Shown here piece by piece: positions 11,676 to 23,294 of a DNA stretch of 63,986 nt. Both the position numbers and the translations under genes were made by a program. Every line of letters begins with the position of its first letter. Within the stretch, counting starts at the first letter, position 1. The notes below the pieces were generated by a model that was not told where the DNA came from, ran no database searches, and saw only the letters and a list, made by a program, of their open reading frames with translations. Source of the DNA: Chiloscyllium plagiosum (taxonomy: Eukaryota); assembly GCF_004010195.1 (NCBI RefSeq), contig NC_057728.1, positions 47,145,058-47,209,043 on the forward strand, given 5' to 3'.

Positions 11676-13830
11676 AGAAAAGAAAAGAACAAAGAACAAA
11701 AAGCTTTACAGCCCAGGAACAGTCCCTTCAGCCCTCCAAGCCTGTGCTGATCCAAATCCACTGTCTAAACCTGTCCCCTAATTCCTAAGCATCTGCTCCC
11801 CACCTACTCATGCATCTATTAGGTCCACCTTAAATGAATCTACCGTGCTTGCCTCTACTGCCTCTGCTGGAAACACGTTCCAGGTACCTACCGCCCTCTG
11901 TGTAAAATATTTTCCACGTACATCCCCCTTAAACGTTTCTCCTCTCACCTTGAATGTGACCTATCATTATTGAATCCCTCACCCTGGGTAAAAGCTTATC
12001 TCTATCCACCCTGTCTATACCCTTCATGATTTTGGAGACCTCAATCAGGTCCCCCCTAATCTCCTTTCTTCTAATGAAAACAATCCTAACCTACTTAACC
12101 TCATTTCATAGCTAGCACCTTCCATCCCAGCCAACATCCTCGTAAACCTTCCCTGCACCCTCTCCAAAGCGTTCACATCCATTTGGTAATGTGGCAGCCA
12201 GATCTGTACACGAGATTGTAAATTTGGCCGAATAAAAGTCTTGTACAATTTTAACATGACCTGCCAGCTTTTAGACTCAATACCCATCCAATGAAGGCAG
12301 CATGCCATATGCCTTCTTGACCATTCTATCCACCTGTGCAGTCACCTTCAGGGTACAATGGACCTGACCTCCTGGATCTCTCTGCTCATCAACTTTTTCC
12401 AATGCTCTTCCATTTACAATAAAGTTTGCTCTAAAATTAGACCTTCTAAAATGCATCACCTCACATTTGTCTGGATTGAACTCCATCTGCAACTTCTCCT
12501 CCCAACTCACCAGTCTATCTATCTTCTTCTATATTTTTTGACAGTCCTCTGTGCTTTCTGCTACTCCACCAATCTTCGTGTCATCTGCAAACTTACTGAT
12601 CAGACCACCAATGCCCTCTTCCAGATCATTTGTATATATTACAAACAACAGTGGCCCTAGCACTGATCCCTGTGGAACACCACTGGTCACCTTTCTCCAT
12701 TTCAAGAAACTCCCTTCAACTATGACTCTCTGTCTCCTGTTGCTCAACCAGTTCTTTACCCACATAGCTAGAACACCCTGCACACCATGTGACTTCACTA
12801 TCTCCATCAGTTTATCATGGGGAACCTTATAAAATGCCTTACTAAAGTCCTTGTATATGACATCTACAGCCCTTCTTTCATCTATCAACTTGGTCACTTC
12901 CTCAAAGAACCCTATTAAGTTGGTAAGGCACGATCTCCCCCGCAGAAAACCATGTTGCCTATCACTGATTAACCCATTCTCTTCCAAATATAAATAGATC
13001 CTATCCCACAGTCCATTCTCCAGCAACTTTCCCACCACTAATGTCAGGCTCACTGGTCTGTAGTCACCCAGAATATCCCTATTACCCTTCTTGTATAGGG
13101 GGACAACATTAGCAACTCTTCAGTCCTCCAGCACTTCACCTGTGTTTACGGATGCTACAAAGATATCTGACAGGGCCCCAACTATTTCCTCTCTTGCCTC
13201 CCTCAGCAACCTGGGATAGATCTCATTGGGTCCTGGAGATTTGTCCATCTTAATATCCTTTAGCCTACCCAACACATCCTCCCTCCTTATGTCAACATGA
13301 TCCAGAGTAAACAAACTTCTATCTCTAATCTCAACATTCATCATGTCCCTCTCCTCAGTGAACACTGATGCAAAGAAATCATTGAGAATCTCACCCATTT
13401 TCTTAGGTTCAACACACAACCTTCCTTCCTTATCCTTCAGTGGACCAACCCTTTCTCTAGTTACCCTCTTGCCTCTTATATATGAATAAGAGGTGTTGGG
13501 ATCCTCCTTAATTGCGCTCGCTAAAGTTATTTCATGACCCCTTTTAGCCGACTTGGTTCCTTGTTTAAGATTGGTCCTACTCTCCCAATATTCCTCCAAA
13601 GCCTGTTCTGTCCTTATCTGCCTTCCCTTTTCCTCTTGGCTAGTCACACAATTTCTCCTGTCATCCATGGTTCACGAATCATGCCTTTCCTATGCCTTGT
13701 TTTCACACCTATCCTGCACTATCTTCAACTCATCTCCGAAAGCCTCCCCTTATCAAATGTGGACTTCCCTTCAAATAAGCTGCCCCCCGATCCACATTTT
13801 CCAGCTCCTGCTGAATTTTGATGTAATTGA
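11676..13830 (-). mobile_element. CR1 LINE, about 2.1 kb 5'-truncated copy with RT
   Basis: Minus ORFs 13120-13668 (KSPGPNEIYPRLLRE), 12529-13053 ([36 protein letters not shown]), 12277-12510 and 12045-12308. (TTCT)-type tail near 11680. Confidence 0.95.
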
Positions 13831-14137
13831 TATAATTATATGTAAAGATCAAAAACTCCTGGAAAAAATACAAAACAACTAATAATAAGCAAATACAGCT
13901 CACCAGCTGCTTGTGAAAGGGAAGATTGAAGTTAACAGTAAGTTAGGTCAGTTTATGATAGAAAATAATGTTCAACGTATCTTTTCAGGTTTCAAAGAAA
14001 ATAAAATCATCCCTAATTTTTCATTAAAAAATTAACATTAATTGTTTCTTGTTACTTTATATGAAGTTAACAGGTCCATTGCATTATTGCAGAGATTTCG
14101 CAAAGACTTTACATTTTAAGACAGTTACGTGATATCA

Positions 14138-14890
14138 TGTCATGTAATGCTCTCATATAAAGGATCTCCAGGGATTATGGGCCAGCACCAGCAGGAGTAT
14201 ACAATGTGATTCGGTCAGCAACAGGTTGCTAATTGGTTTGTGAAGGCCAAGAGCCTGACAAATATCTGATTGACTGCTGGGTAGCTGAACAGTTTGAGTG
14301 TGCACAATACTGGCAGAAGTCTTGAACTGCTGCGAGAGAGAAGCTGCACGATGGTGTGTCTTTATCTCCAGTAAAATACATAAAAGCCTAAAGAAACTGG
14401 TTTGCTTTCCCCTAACAGTTTCTGGAAACTGTGGCCTTTAACTAAGACCAGTAATGTAGAGATTTTGCACTTCGTGTATGAATAATCAGTGCTTCCCATG
14501 AAGAAATGGAAATAATCAGGAAGAGATTGAAGAATGGAAAACCCTGACAAGTAAAAGAAATAACTCAGTGAAACAATGGGGCCATTAAAATGCTTCCCTA
14601 GCATTTTTTTGTCTGTATACGTAGGGTTTTTAAAGACGTCAGGGGACTGGGGTGGGGAGCAGAGGCACATGTTAGTATCTTAACCAGTAGTTAGGTGTTG
14701 ACAGTTCATAATTGGTTGCAATAAATAGTAATTCTTATTAAGCACAGCAATACTGTATTTTCTGTTAGTCTGGATCTGACAAGAAAATTGTGGACTTTGC
14801 ATACTTTGAGAAAATTTTTAACTTTTAAACTGATGACTCCGGGAATAGCAGAGCTTTATTTCCAATGCACTATCGCAGTGAGGCGTGACA
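14138..14890 (+). mobile_element. Probable solo LTR-like repeat
   Basis: Begins TGTCATG and ends CGTGACA, with an internal AATAAA near 14720. The 3' part resembles 62190-62340. No clean TSD seen. Confidence 0.45.
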
Positions 14891-15914
14891 ATATAAATCA
14901 AAGTGAAAAACGATTGTTTATAATCAGCAGTAGACATGGGAAGTGCTGTTTATTCCATTATCATCTTGAATAACTTTTTGATTATGATAGCAAAGACTGG
15001 CTTCCTACAAATTGTTCCTTTATCACAAATACCTTCATGACACTACCTCAACAATATCATGCTAAATGTCATGTGCTTTTTCATTTAAAAGGTGACTTTT
15101 TTCGTGTTTTTATAAGGTCAGTGAAATACAGGTTAGATGAATAATTTTGGCGCATGCTACAAAAGGTTGATCAATTAAAGATAATGAGGACTATGCTATT
15201 CTGCACTTGCTGTCTCTCACAAAGCAGACTGCCACAAATAGAGCACCAAACGTGCATGCTGTCGGTTCCCATTTGTCAAAAAGCAGGAGCAGTGACCTTT
15301 CTTTTTCCTGGCTGCTTAACCTGATCCTGTACCTCACATGGACCTGCAGCTGAATGAGAGCTCAAGAGAGAAAGTGCCAGCTCATTTGTTGGCCAGACCA
15401 GAAAGCAGATGATTGGGTGGTACACAGCGCAAACTGGAGAGACTAGAAAACTACTGCAATTGCTTAATGTTTAACAGCACTCATTGTCAATTAATTTCTT
15501 CTTTCATTTCCCTCCACTGAGAAAATGATAATTAAATGTTTTGTAGAGTCGGCTATTGAGAGAATCTTCCAGTCTTCAAATTTAATAAAATCCATTTATT
15601 CATTGATATGCAATTCATTTTCAATTTCCTAATTTTTGACTCCTGTATTCAGCTAAATGAGGAAAAAGGAGGAAATGGTTTGTTTGCATCCATCTTGTAC
15701 TGAAAAACTGCAACAACCTTTTAGAGTATAATAACAATAGATGACTGTTGCTTTTCAGTGTTTATTAAATCATGATTCATTTTCCTTAAATATTCTGTTG
15801 TTGATGATTATTCTATCCTCAAAGATATTTTCCTTAATTAAATTGGACTGTTCTGGAAAGGAATATTTTTCATATATTGACTCCTAAAGACACTGTGCAG
15901 CAAATTATTTCATT

Positions 15915-16262
15915 GGGCGGCATGAGTTGCTCTGCAGTTAGCACTGCTACCTCACAGCACCAGGAACCCGGGTTCAATTCCTGCCTTGGGCGACTTCTGT
16001 ATGGAGTTTGCACATTCTCACCGTGTCTGTGCGGGTTTCCTCTGAGTGCTCCAGTTTCCTCCCACAGTCCAAAGATGCGCAGTTTAGGTGAATTGGCCAA
16101 GCTAAATTGCCCATAGTGTCCAGGGATGTGTAGGTTAGGTGCATTAGTCTGGGGCAAAATGTAGAGGAATGGGTCTGGGTGGGTTACTCTTTGGAGGCCG
16201 GTGTGGACTTGTTGGGCCGAAGGGCCCGTTTCTACACTGTAGGAATTCTACGATTGTGATTT
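15915..16262 (+). mobile_element. HE1-type V-SINE
   Basis: tRNA-like head with GGTTCAATTCC, V-domain, and gggccgaagggcc..cacactgta-type tail. Confidence 0.93.
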
Positions 16263-16384
16263 CATGGCAATTGAATAATCTTGTGCATTCAGTTATGACT
16301 TCCAACTTTCCAGAATCCCCACAACTTTAAACTCGCTCCTGCCTCAACTACAGCATTGTGCTACCCTATCCAATACTACTTCTG

Positions 16385-16480
16385 AGAAGTCTCATCACTA
16401 CCACCTTCTCAATAGCACTAGGGATGAGCAATAAATGCTGACCAGTCAGCAATGCCCACATCCCACAAATGAATGTATTT
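16385..16480 (+). mobile_element. Family B LINE/SINE 3' tail
   Basis: ccaccttctcaa..agggatgagcaataaatgctg..aatgcccacatcccacaaatgaatg, as at other family B ends. Confidence 0.7.
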
Positions 16481-16705
16481 TTAAGAAGTCATAACACACA
16501 AGGATCAAACATTGGTCAAGCAAACAGCTTAAGCTTCTAGACCTGTACTAATATTTAGTGTAGAAAAATAAGTGCTCCAGACCCGAATGCATACTTCCCT
16601 TGAAACCTTTCATGCTAATCCTACATTTATACCTCTTTATTTGTACTGACGCAAAGCATTGATTGATAAGTGATATTGAATCATGAGTTAAGAATGCCAC
16701 ATTTA

Positions 16706-16890
16706 GTTAAAAATCACACAGCACCAGGTTAATCACACAGCACCAGGTTTATTTGGAAGTACTAGCTTTCGGAGGTACCTGATGAAGGAGTAGCACTCTG
16801 AAAGCTTGTACTTCCAAATAAACCTGTTGGACTATAACCTGGTGCTGTGTAATTTTTAACTTGGTCCACCCCACCGGCACCTCCACATCA
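16706..16890. mobile_element. Penelope-terminus-derived fold-back element with hammerhead core
   Basis: gttaaaaatcacacagcaccagg.. and ..cctggtgctgtgtaatttttaac are inverted arms. Same family as 48110-48328 and 61247-61381. Confidence 0.85.
16771..16815 (+). ncRNA. Candidate minimal type I hammerhead ribozyme
   Basis: Stem I GGAGGTAC/GTACTTCC, core CTGATGA(A), stem II GGAGT-agc-ACTCT, GAA, palindromic AGCT in place of stem III, CUU triplet. Confidence 0.6.
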
Positions 16891-17929
16891 TCGTCACCTG
16901 ATATTTAGATCATGCTTCAATATAATAAAATCAAGGTAGCATTTTAAAGCAAGATTTAACCCCAGGCGACATTAAAATAGATGCCAACAGCTTGTTCAAA
17001 AGTATTTTCAGTTAATTATTTTAACGTGTGTTGTGAAGTGAGAAAAACAGGTAGATATTCAAAGCAATTTAGGGGAGGGATTCTAGTGTTTTTGACCTAG
17101 ATGAAAATAAGAGGGATGCTCAAGAGGTCAGAATAGGTAAATGCGTGTATTTGGGTCGATTAGAGGGCTGTGGAAGATTACAGAAATTGGAGGGGTGTTT
17201 GGTGAATTATAAGATGGGGGACACTGTCTTGATCATTTGATTTCCTGGCCCTTCAGAAACACACACAAGAGGTTATAATCCAACAGGTTTATTTCATGGC
17301 CCATGAAATACATACCACATAATGGCACGAGTAAGTCCCTTCGCAGAAGATCTGCTTTTACTCGTGCCTATACCATATTCAAGCACACAAAATTCTGAGT
17401 GGAGTTTGTCATTACACTAATACCCTGAAAAGGAAATACAGCCTTGAACCCGTTCTAATAATTGTTGACACAGTGAACTTCCAAGGTACACTGTGTTGGA
17501 CCGTATTTCAAATCCATGTGAGCTACGTATCAGATTTTCCATATTTTTCAGCCTTCAAAGCAAGATAATTTAAATTTTAGAGATGCTCAAATCTAAACAC
17601 TCATTCTCTGCAGCCACTTCTAGCCAACGCAATTTATTTGATGTGATTGCTATTGATAGTCAGATGCCTGCAGTGGCGCGTTCAAATTCTTTTCAGTTGC
17701 TGCTGTCTCGACTAAAGATATTTGCAAGGTTTTCTCCTTCAGGAAGGGGAAACTCATGTGTTTTTGCAAAGTTTGAATCCACCCACAGTCTCGTTCCTCT
17801 GGCTCCAACTGAACCTGGTCCCTGGCTATAGCCTGACATTGCTCCATGCAGAGTCATGATCCTGTATTTTAATGACTGAGTGATGCAAATTCAGAAGAAG
17901 AAACCACAAGGACACTAACCCTAACCCTT

Positions 17930-18200
17930 TTAGAACTGAATTGAGGAGGAACTTGTTCACCCAATTGTGCATCTATGGAATTCCCTGCCCAGTGAAGCAG
18001 TTGAGGCTACCTTGTTGAATGTTTTTAAGGCAAAGATAGATAGAGTTTGGAACAGTAAAGGAATTAAGGGTTATGGTGAGCAGGCAGCTAAGTGGAGCTG
18101 AGGCCATGAAAAGATCAGCCATGATCTTATTGAATGGTGGAGCAGGCTCGAAGGGTCAGACGGCCTACTCCTGCTCTTAGTTCTTATGTTCTTATATTCT
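17930..18200 (+). mobile_element. CR1 LINE 3' end (different subfamily)
   Basis: ctatggaattccctgccc..gaatggtggagcaggctcgaaggg..ggcctactcctgct..ttcttatgttctt tail. Confidence 0.85.
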
Positions 18201-19133
18201 TTCAACAGGAATGAAAATAAGAAAGAAAACCATAATTCACAAGCAATAAATTAAAACTAAAACCTTTCACAAACTGCAAAGAAATACATAAAAAGGAATA
18301 AAAATGACACTAACCAAAAGAAGAAGAATCTTATAATCCAAAGTTAGGCATCATTCGAAGACCCAACCTGTCTATTACCATCAGCCGGATTCATAACACC
18401 TCAAATCAGAAAATTTACAAAAGCTATATTCTAATATTCAGAACAAATAAAAAATAATATTCCGAACAAATAAAGAAAAATGTTCAAGTTAATATTGGAA
18501 GCCACCAGAAATAATCTAAGAGAAAAACAATAAAATCTCATAATAGTCTAACACATTGAGACGACAAAGCTTTGTAAATGATCTTCACTGAGCCGCTACA
18601 ATAATCATTGAACATAACTTTCATGTAGCATTTTATTGATATTGCTTTGTTGAAGCATCTTTTGTGAAATGATGTATCACCTTACAAAAATCTTGTTATT
18701 CATCGATTCAACTTCTGTGCTCAAATTTCCCACAACTTCCTGACCTGCGGAGTCAAGAGTGATGCCAGGTTAAAATAAAACTTCATCACAGACAAAAACA
18801 AGTCAGAAATTTGAATGTTTAAAATATTCATAAATGCACCATATGCATAAATAAGTGGGAATACTTAAAGATTCCTTCTTCTTTTCAAGTTTAAGAAGGG
18901 CATAGCAAATGGCTAATCACAACAGCAGAACAAACATCACAGTTTCCCAGAGTTTAAGTGCCTTTTTGTAGATTTTCTCAACTGATTTATGGGAGTTATA
19001 AAGTATCATTTCCAGGTTTCATCATCCATAGCCCTTGAAGCTGACAGGATTTGTTCCCAATTTTCAACCATTCATTCAGTGGGAGACCAGTGAAACTCTC
19101 AGAACTTATGCAACTGGGTTTGTTATACATGGT

Positions 19134-19500
19134 TTAGATTAAATTAGATACCCTAATGGAAACAGGCCATTTGGCCCCACAAGTCCACATCGACCCTCAA
19201 AGAGTAACGCACCCAGAACCCATTCCCCTACCCTATATTTATCCCTGACTAATACAATGGGCAATTTAGCATGGCCAATTCACCTGACCTGCACATCTTT
19301 GGACAATGGGACGAAACCAGAGCACCTGGTGCCCACGCAGACACAGGGAGAATGTGCAAACTCCACACAGACAGTTGCCCAAGGTGGGAATCAAACCTTT
19401 CACAAACTGCAAAGAAATACATAAAAAGAAATAAAAATTACACTAACCAAAAGAAGAAGAATCTTTTGTGAGGCAGCAGTGCTAACCACTGAGCCACCCT
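19134..19500 (-). mobile_element. HE1-type V-SINE with a 73-bp foreign insert
   Basis: Reverse complement of the HE1 tail, V-domain and head. 19393-19465 is a copy of 18260-18332. Confidence 0.9.
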
Positions 19501-20087
19501 CAATAGGGAGTGCCTATTGTTTGTGAAACTCAGACCAGCCCCACCATCTTCTAATGCTACTGAATTGCAAAATATCTGTTAATGGGCACTGTTTCCTGCT
19601 TTGCAGCAGGGAAGGTCTTTGTCATACACTGAAACCATAGAATTTGTTTATAAAAAAGACCACCATTTCAAACTTTGATCGAGAGTTAAGTACGCAGTTC
19701 CAATTTTCTTTGATACTTAATTTTCTGAGGTATAAAAAAGTAAAAACAAAGAGTTTTTCCACCCTTTTAAAAAAACAAAAACCTCAGCATAAAGCCAAAC
19801 ATAGACAAATAGTCCTGATGATGTTGTGTTAATCTGTTTTCATTTCCACTTTGCTAATGTTATGCAGTGGGGAAAATATGGCTTCAGGCCAACTACACAA
19901 GGAATCACATCACTGATTAAAAGCCTATTGTAGCAATGCCCAGACCTTTAATACAACAAATTTTACTATACTAATAAAGTTTAAAATTGGTTGGCAATCA
20001 AGAAATTTCGAGAGTCAGTTCATGAAAATGAAATGAAGTTGCCAGGGAATAGATAATTCCACAAGTCATAGGAGCAGAAATTAGACC

Positions 20088-20724
20088 AGAGTCTCAGGTA
20101 GATAGGAAAGTGAAGGTGGCGTTTGGCATGCTTTCTTTTATTGGTCAGAGTATTGAGTACAGGAGTTGGGAGGTCATGTTGCGGCTGTACGGGACATTGG
20201 TTAGGCCACTTTTGGAATATTTGCAATTCTGGTCTCCTTCTTATTGGAAGGAGTTCAAAAAGGATTTACCATGTTATTGCCAGAGTTGGAGCTACAGAGA
20301 GAGGCTGAATAGACTGGGGCTGTTTTTCCTGGAGCGTCGGAGGCTGAGGGGTGATCTTACTGAGGTTTATAAAATCATGAGGGACATGGATAGGATAAAC
20401 AGACAAGGTCTTTTCCCTCGGATGGGGGAGCCCAGAAATAGAGGGCATAGGTTTAGGGTGAGAGGAGAAAGATTTAAAAGGGATCTAAGGGGCAACTTTT
20501 TCATGCGGGGGGGGGGGGTGCGTGTATGGAATGAGCTACCAGAGGAAGTGGTAGAGGTTGGTACAATTACAACATTTAAACGGCATCTGGATGGGTATAT
20601 GAATAGGAAAGGTTTAGAGAGATATGGGCCAAATACTGGCAAATGGAACTAGATTAGGTTAGGATATCTGGTCAGCATGGACGAGTTGGGCCAAAGGGTC
20701 TGTTTCTGTGCTGTATGACTCTAA
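20088..20724 (+). mobile_element. CR1 LINE 3' fragment nested in an older opposite-strand CR1 tail (about 20064-21045)
   Basis: ORF 20110-20652 is the CR1 ORF2 C-terminus. The flanks read as a minus-strand CR1 3' end (cataggagcagaaattag.. / ..gaagaaattcttc..ctgaggctgtgccttc). Confidence 0.9.
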
Positions 20725-21829
20725 GTCTGCTTCACCATTCCAAAATGGTTAATATGTTTCAGAACCCCATTCCCCTGCTCTCTACCCATAATCCTTGATC
20801 CTCTTACTAATCAAGGGATTACAAACTCAGTCTTAGCCTCCACAGTCCTCTGCACCAAAGATTTTGCCAGACTCACCACACTCTTGGCTGAAGAAATTCT
20901 TCATGTCAGTTTTAAAGGGTTGTCCCTTCAATCTGAGGCTGTGCCTTCGGGTCCTAGTCTACCCTACTAGTGGAAACATCTTTGTCATATCCACCCTATC
21001 CAGGTTTCTCAGTACTCTAAGTTTCAGTCAGATCCCCCTCTTTATGAAGTACTTAAGATTATTTTTCTCTAAACTGTTAAACCAATACACCTTAGAGGTT
21101 ATGCTGCTTCTCTGTTGTGTGCAGTTGGGTTTAAATAAAGTATAAATATGAGGGTAATAAGTTAAAGGAACCTGAGCAATCTCTGAGAATACTGGGAAAA
21201 TACAGCAGGTCTGACAGCATCTGCAGAGAAAAGAAACAAGAGTTGAATTTTCAGGTCTACGACCTTTGTGCCAGTTTGGCCCAGTTCTAATCTCCATATT
21301 ATTTTAATTTTAAACTGGTGCAATTGATAGTCTTGACAATGTGAGCCCAGAGAGTAAGCAAACTTGTGCTTTCAGTGCTTTATTTAATTCCATTCACATT
21401 TAAAGATATTTTCTTTGTGGAAATCAATATCTTCAGATTAAACTACAACACTCCTGAAAGTAATAACAACATCCATGTCTCTTGGAGTTTGGGTCTCAAT
21501 GACATTTTGAGTCCCAATAACAAAGTTACCATTTTTTTTGTGACTCAAGTGCTCCCAGATTGAATATTCCAGCATTTGTATCCTCCGTAATGAGACTCAG
21601 GGCAAAATACAGATACATCTGCTCCCTCCAAAAGCTAGATAGAACTCCTTGTCACATGTTGTCTGGATGGAGACATTAGTACTACGCACAGAGACAAAAT
21701 AACATTAACATTAACCCATTTGGTCCCATTACCTTTTCCAACAGGTAACAGTGAACAAAATGATGGTAATCTACTTCCCTGATGTTGTTTAGAGAAGGAT
21801 ATCTATTATTCTGATCTGGCCTGGCCCAC

Positions 21830-22315
21830 ACAGAGTCATAGAAATGTACAGCATGGAAACAGGCCCTTTGGTCCAACACGTTCTTGCCGACCAGGTATCC
21901 CACTTGCCAGTACCCGGCCCATATTACTCCAAACCCTTCCTATACATATATCCATCAAGATGCCTTTTAAATGTTGTAATTGTACCAGCCTCCACCACTT
22001 CCTCTGGCAACTCATTCCATACACACACTACCCTCTGTGTGAAGAAGTTGCCCTTTAGATCCCTTTTAAATCTTTCCCCTCTCACCCTAAATCTACACCC
22101 TCTAGTCCTGGACTCCCCCACCCCAGTGAAGAGAGTTTGTCTATTTATCCTATTCATGCCCCTCATGATTTTATAAACCTCTATAAGGTCACCCCTCAGC
22201 CTCCACGCTCCAGGGAAAACAGCCCCAGTCTATTCCACCTCTCCCTATAGTTCAAATCCTCCAATCCTGGCAACATCCTGGTCAATCTTTTCTGAACCTT
22301 TTCAAGTTTCACAAC
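21830..22315 (-). mobile_element. CR1 LINE 3' fragment
   Basis: Minus ORF 21924-22166 MRGMNRINRQ..GNFFTQRVVCVWNELPEE. Confidence 0.93.
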
Positions 22316-22361
22316 ATGTGACTCCTGATTTGAATCAACTCACTTAGCTGTTCTCTGAAAT

Positions 22362-22490
22362 TCCTGATTAAGGGCTTTTGCCCAAAACATCGGTTTTCCT
22401 GCTCCTCGGATGCTGCCTGACCTGCTGTGCTTTTCCAGCACCACTCTAATCTTGACTCTGATCTCCCGCTTCTGCAGTCCTCACTTTCAC
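22362..22490 (+). mobile_element. Short Penelope-terminus-derived insertion inside a family B SINE 3' half (22315-22600)
   Basis: Decayed CTGATTAAGGGCTTTTGCCCAAAAC core. TSD CTGTTCTCTGAAAT (22348-22361) / CTGTTGTCTGAAAT (22491-22504). Confidence 0.85.
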
Positions 22491-23294
22491 CTGTTGTCTG
22501 AAATGGCCCTAGCAAACCATTCAGCTCCATGGGCAATAAGGAATGAGCAATAAGTGCTGGTTCAGCCAACAATGCCCACATCTTGCGAACAAATAAAAAA
22601 CAATAAGGGAGAGCTATCTTGTTGGTTCATTTATTGAAATCAGTTTGTGGCTTGTGGTAAGTTTAGTAAATGCTGCGATTTGCCAATCTGGGGTATGGAA
22701 GATTAGGTATGCGATCATTTTTAAATCAAGGCTGAGATTACAGAATACCTCACTTAGCTGATTCTGCTGTTTGATACCAACTTTTCTCAGAATTTTCCAT
22801 CTTTTGGTATAATATGCACAAGGACAAGTTTCATATCAACAAATGAAACTTCAAATCCACACAAGCAATCCAATTGGTTGTCCCACAATTAAAATTAATT
22901 GACTACTTGCACTGCTTTGCAATTGCAATTAAATAAAATCACACTATATTTGCATTAAAAACATTTATGTATTCAAATTTCTTTATCAGCTTTTTTCAAA
23001 ATAAGACTAAGCTAGTGATCCTTAACTGATGAACAAAGGAGTTTCCTTTTGAAAATGTTTAGTAACATCTGTGTAGCAATATTGCAGATCAAGAATTCGC
23101 CCTTTTTTTCATGACAAAACAATCCACTTTCACTAAATTATAGAAAATATAGAAAAACATTTAAAAACCATTCTAAAGCTGGAGATTTACATAATAAGAG
23201 AGCTCTTCTTGCAGATGAGATTCTAAGTGACTCAGGACAGCAAACTATAAATAAGGAAAGGCATAAATTATAATAAATGGTATGCAGTCTTACA

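Noticed and set aside
17468..17496. CACAGTG/CACTGTG pair as V(D)J RSS or iron-responsive element
   Set aside because: No nonamer at 12/23 spacing and no V/D/J segment nearby; CAGTG lies in the stem, not in an apical loop.
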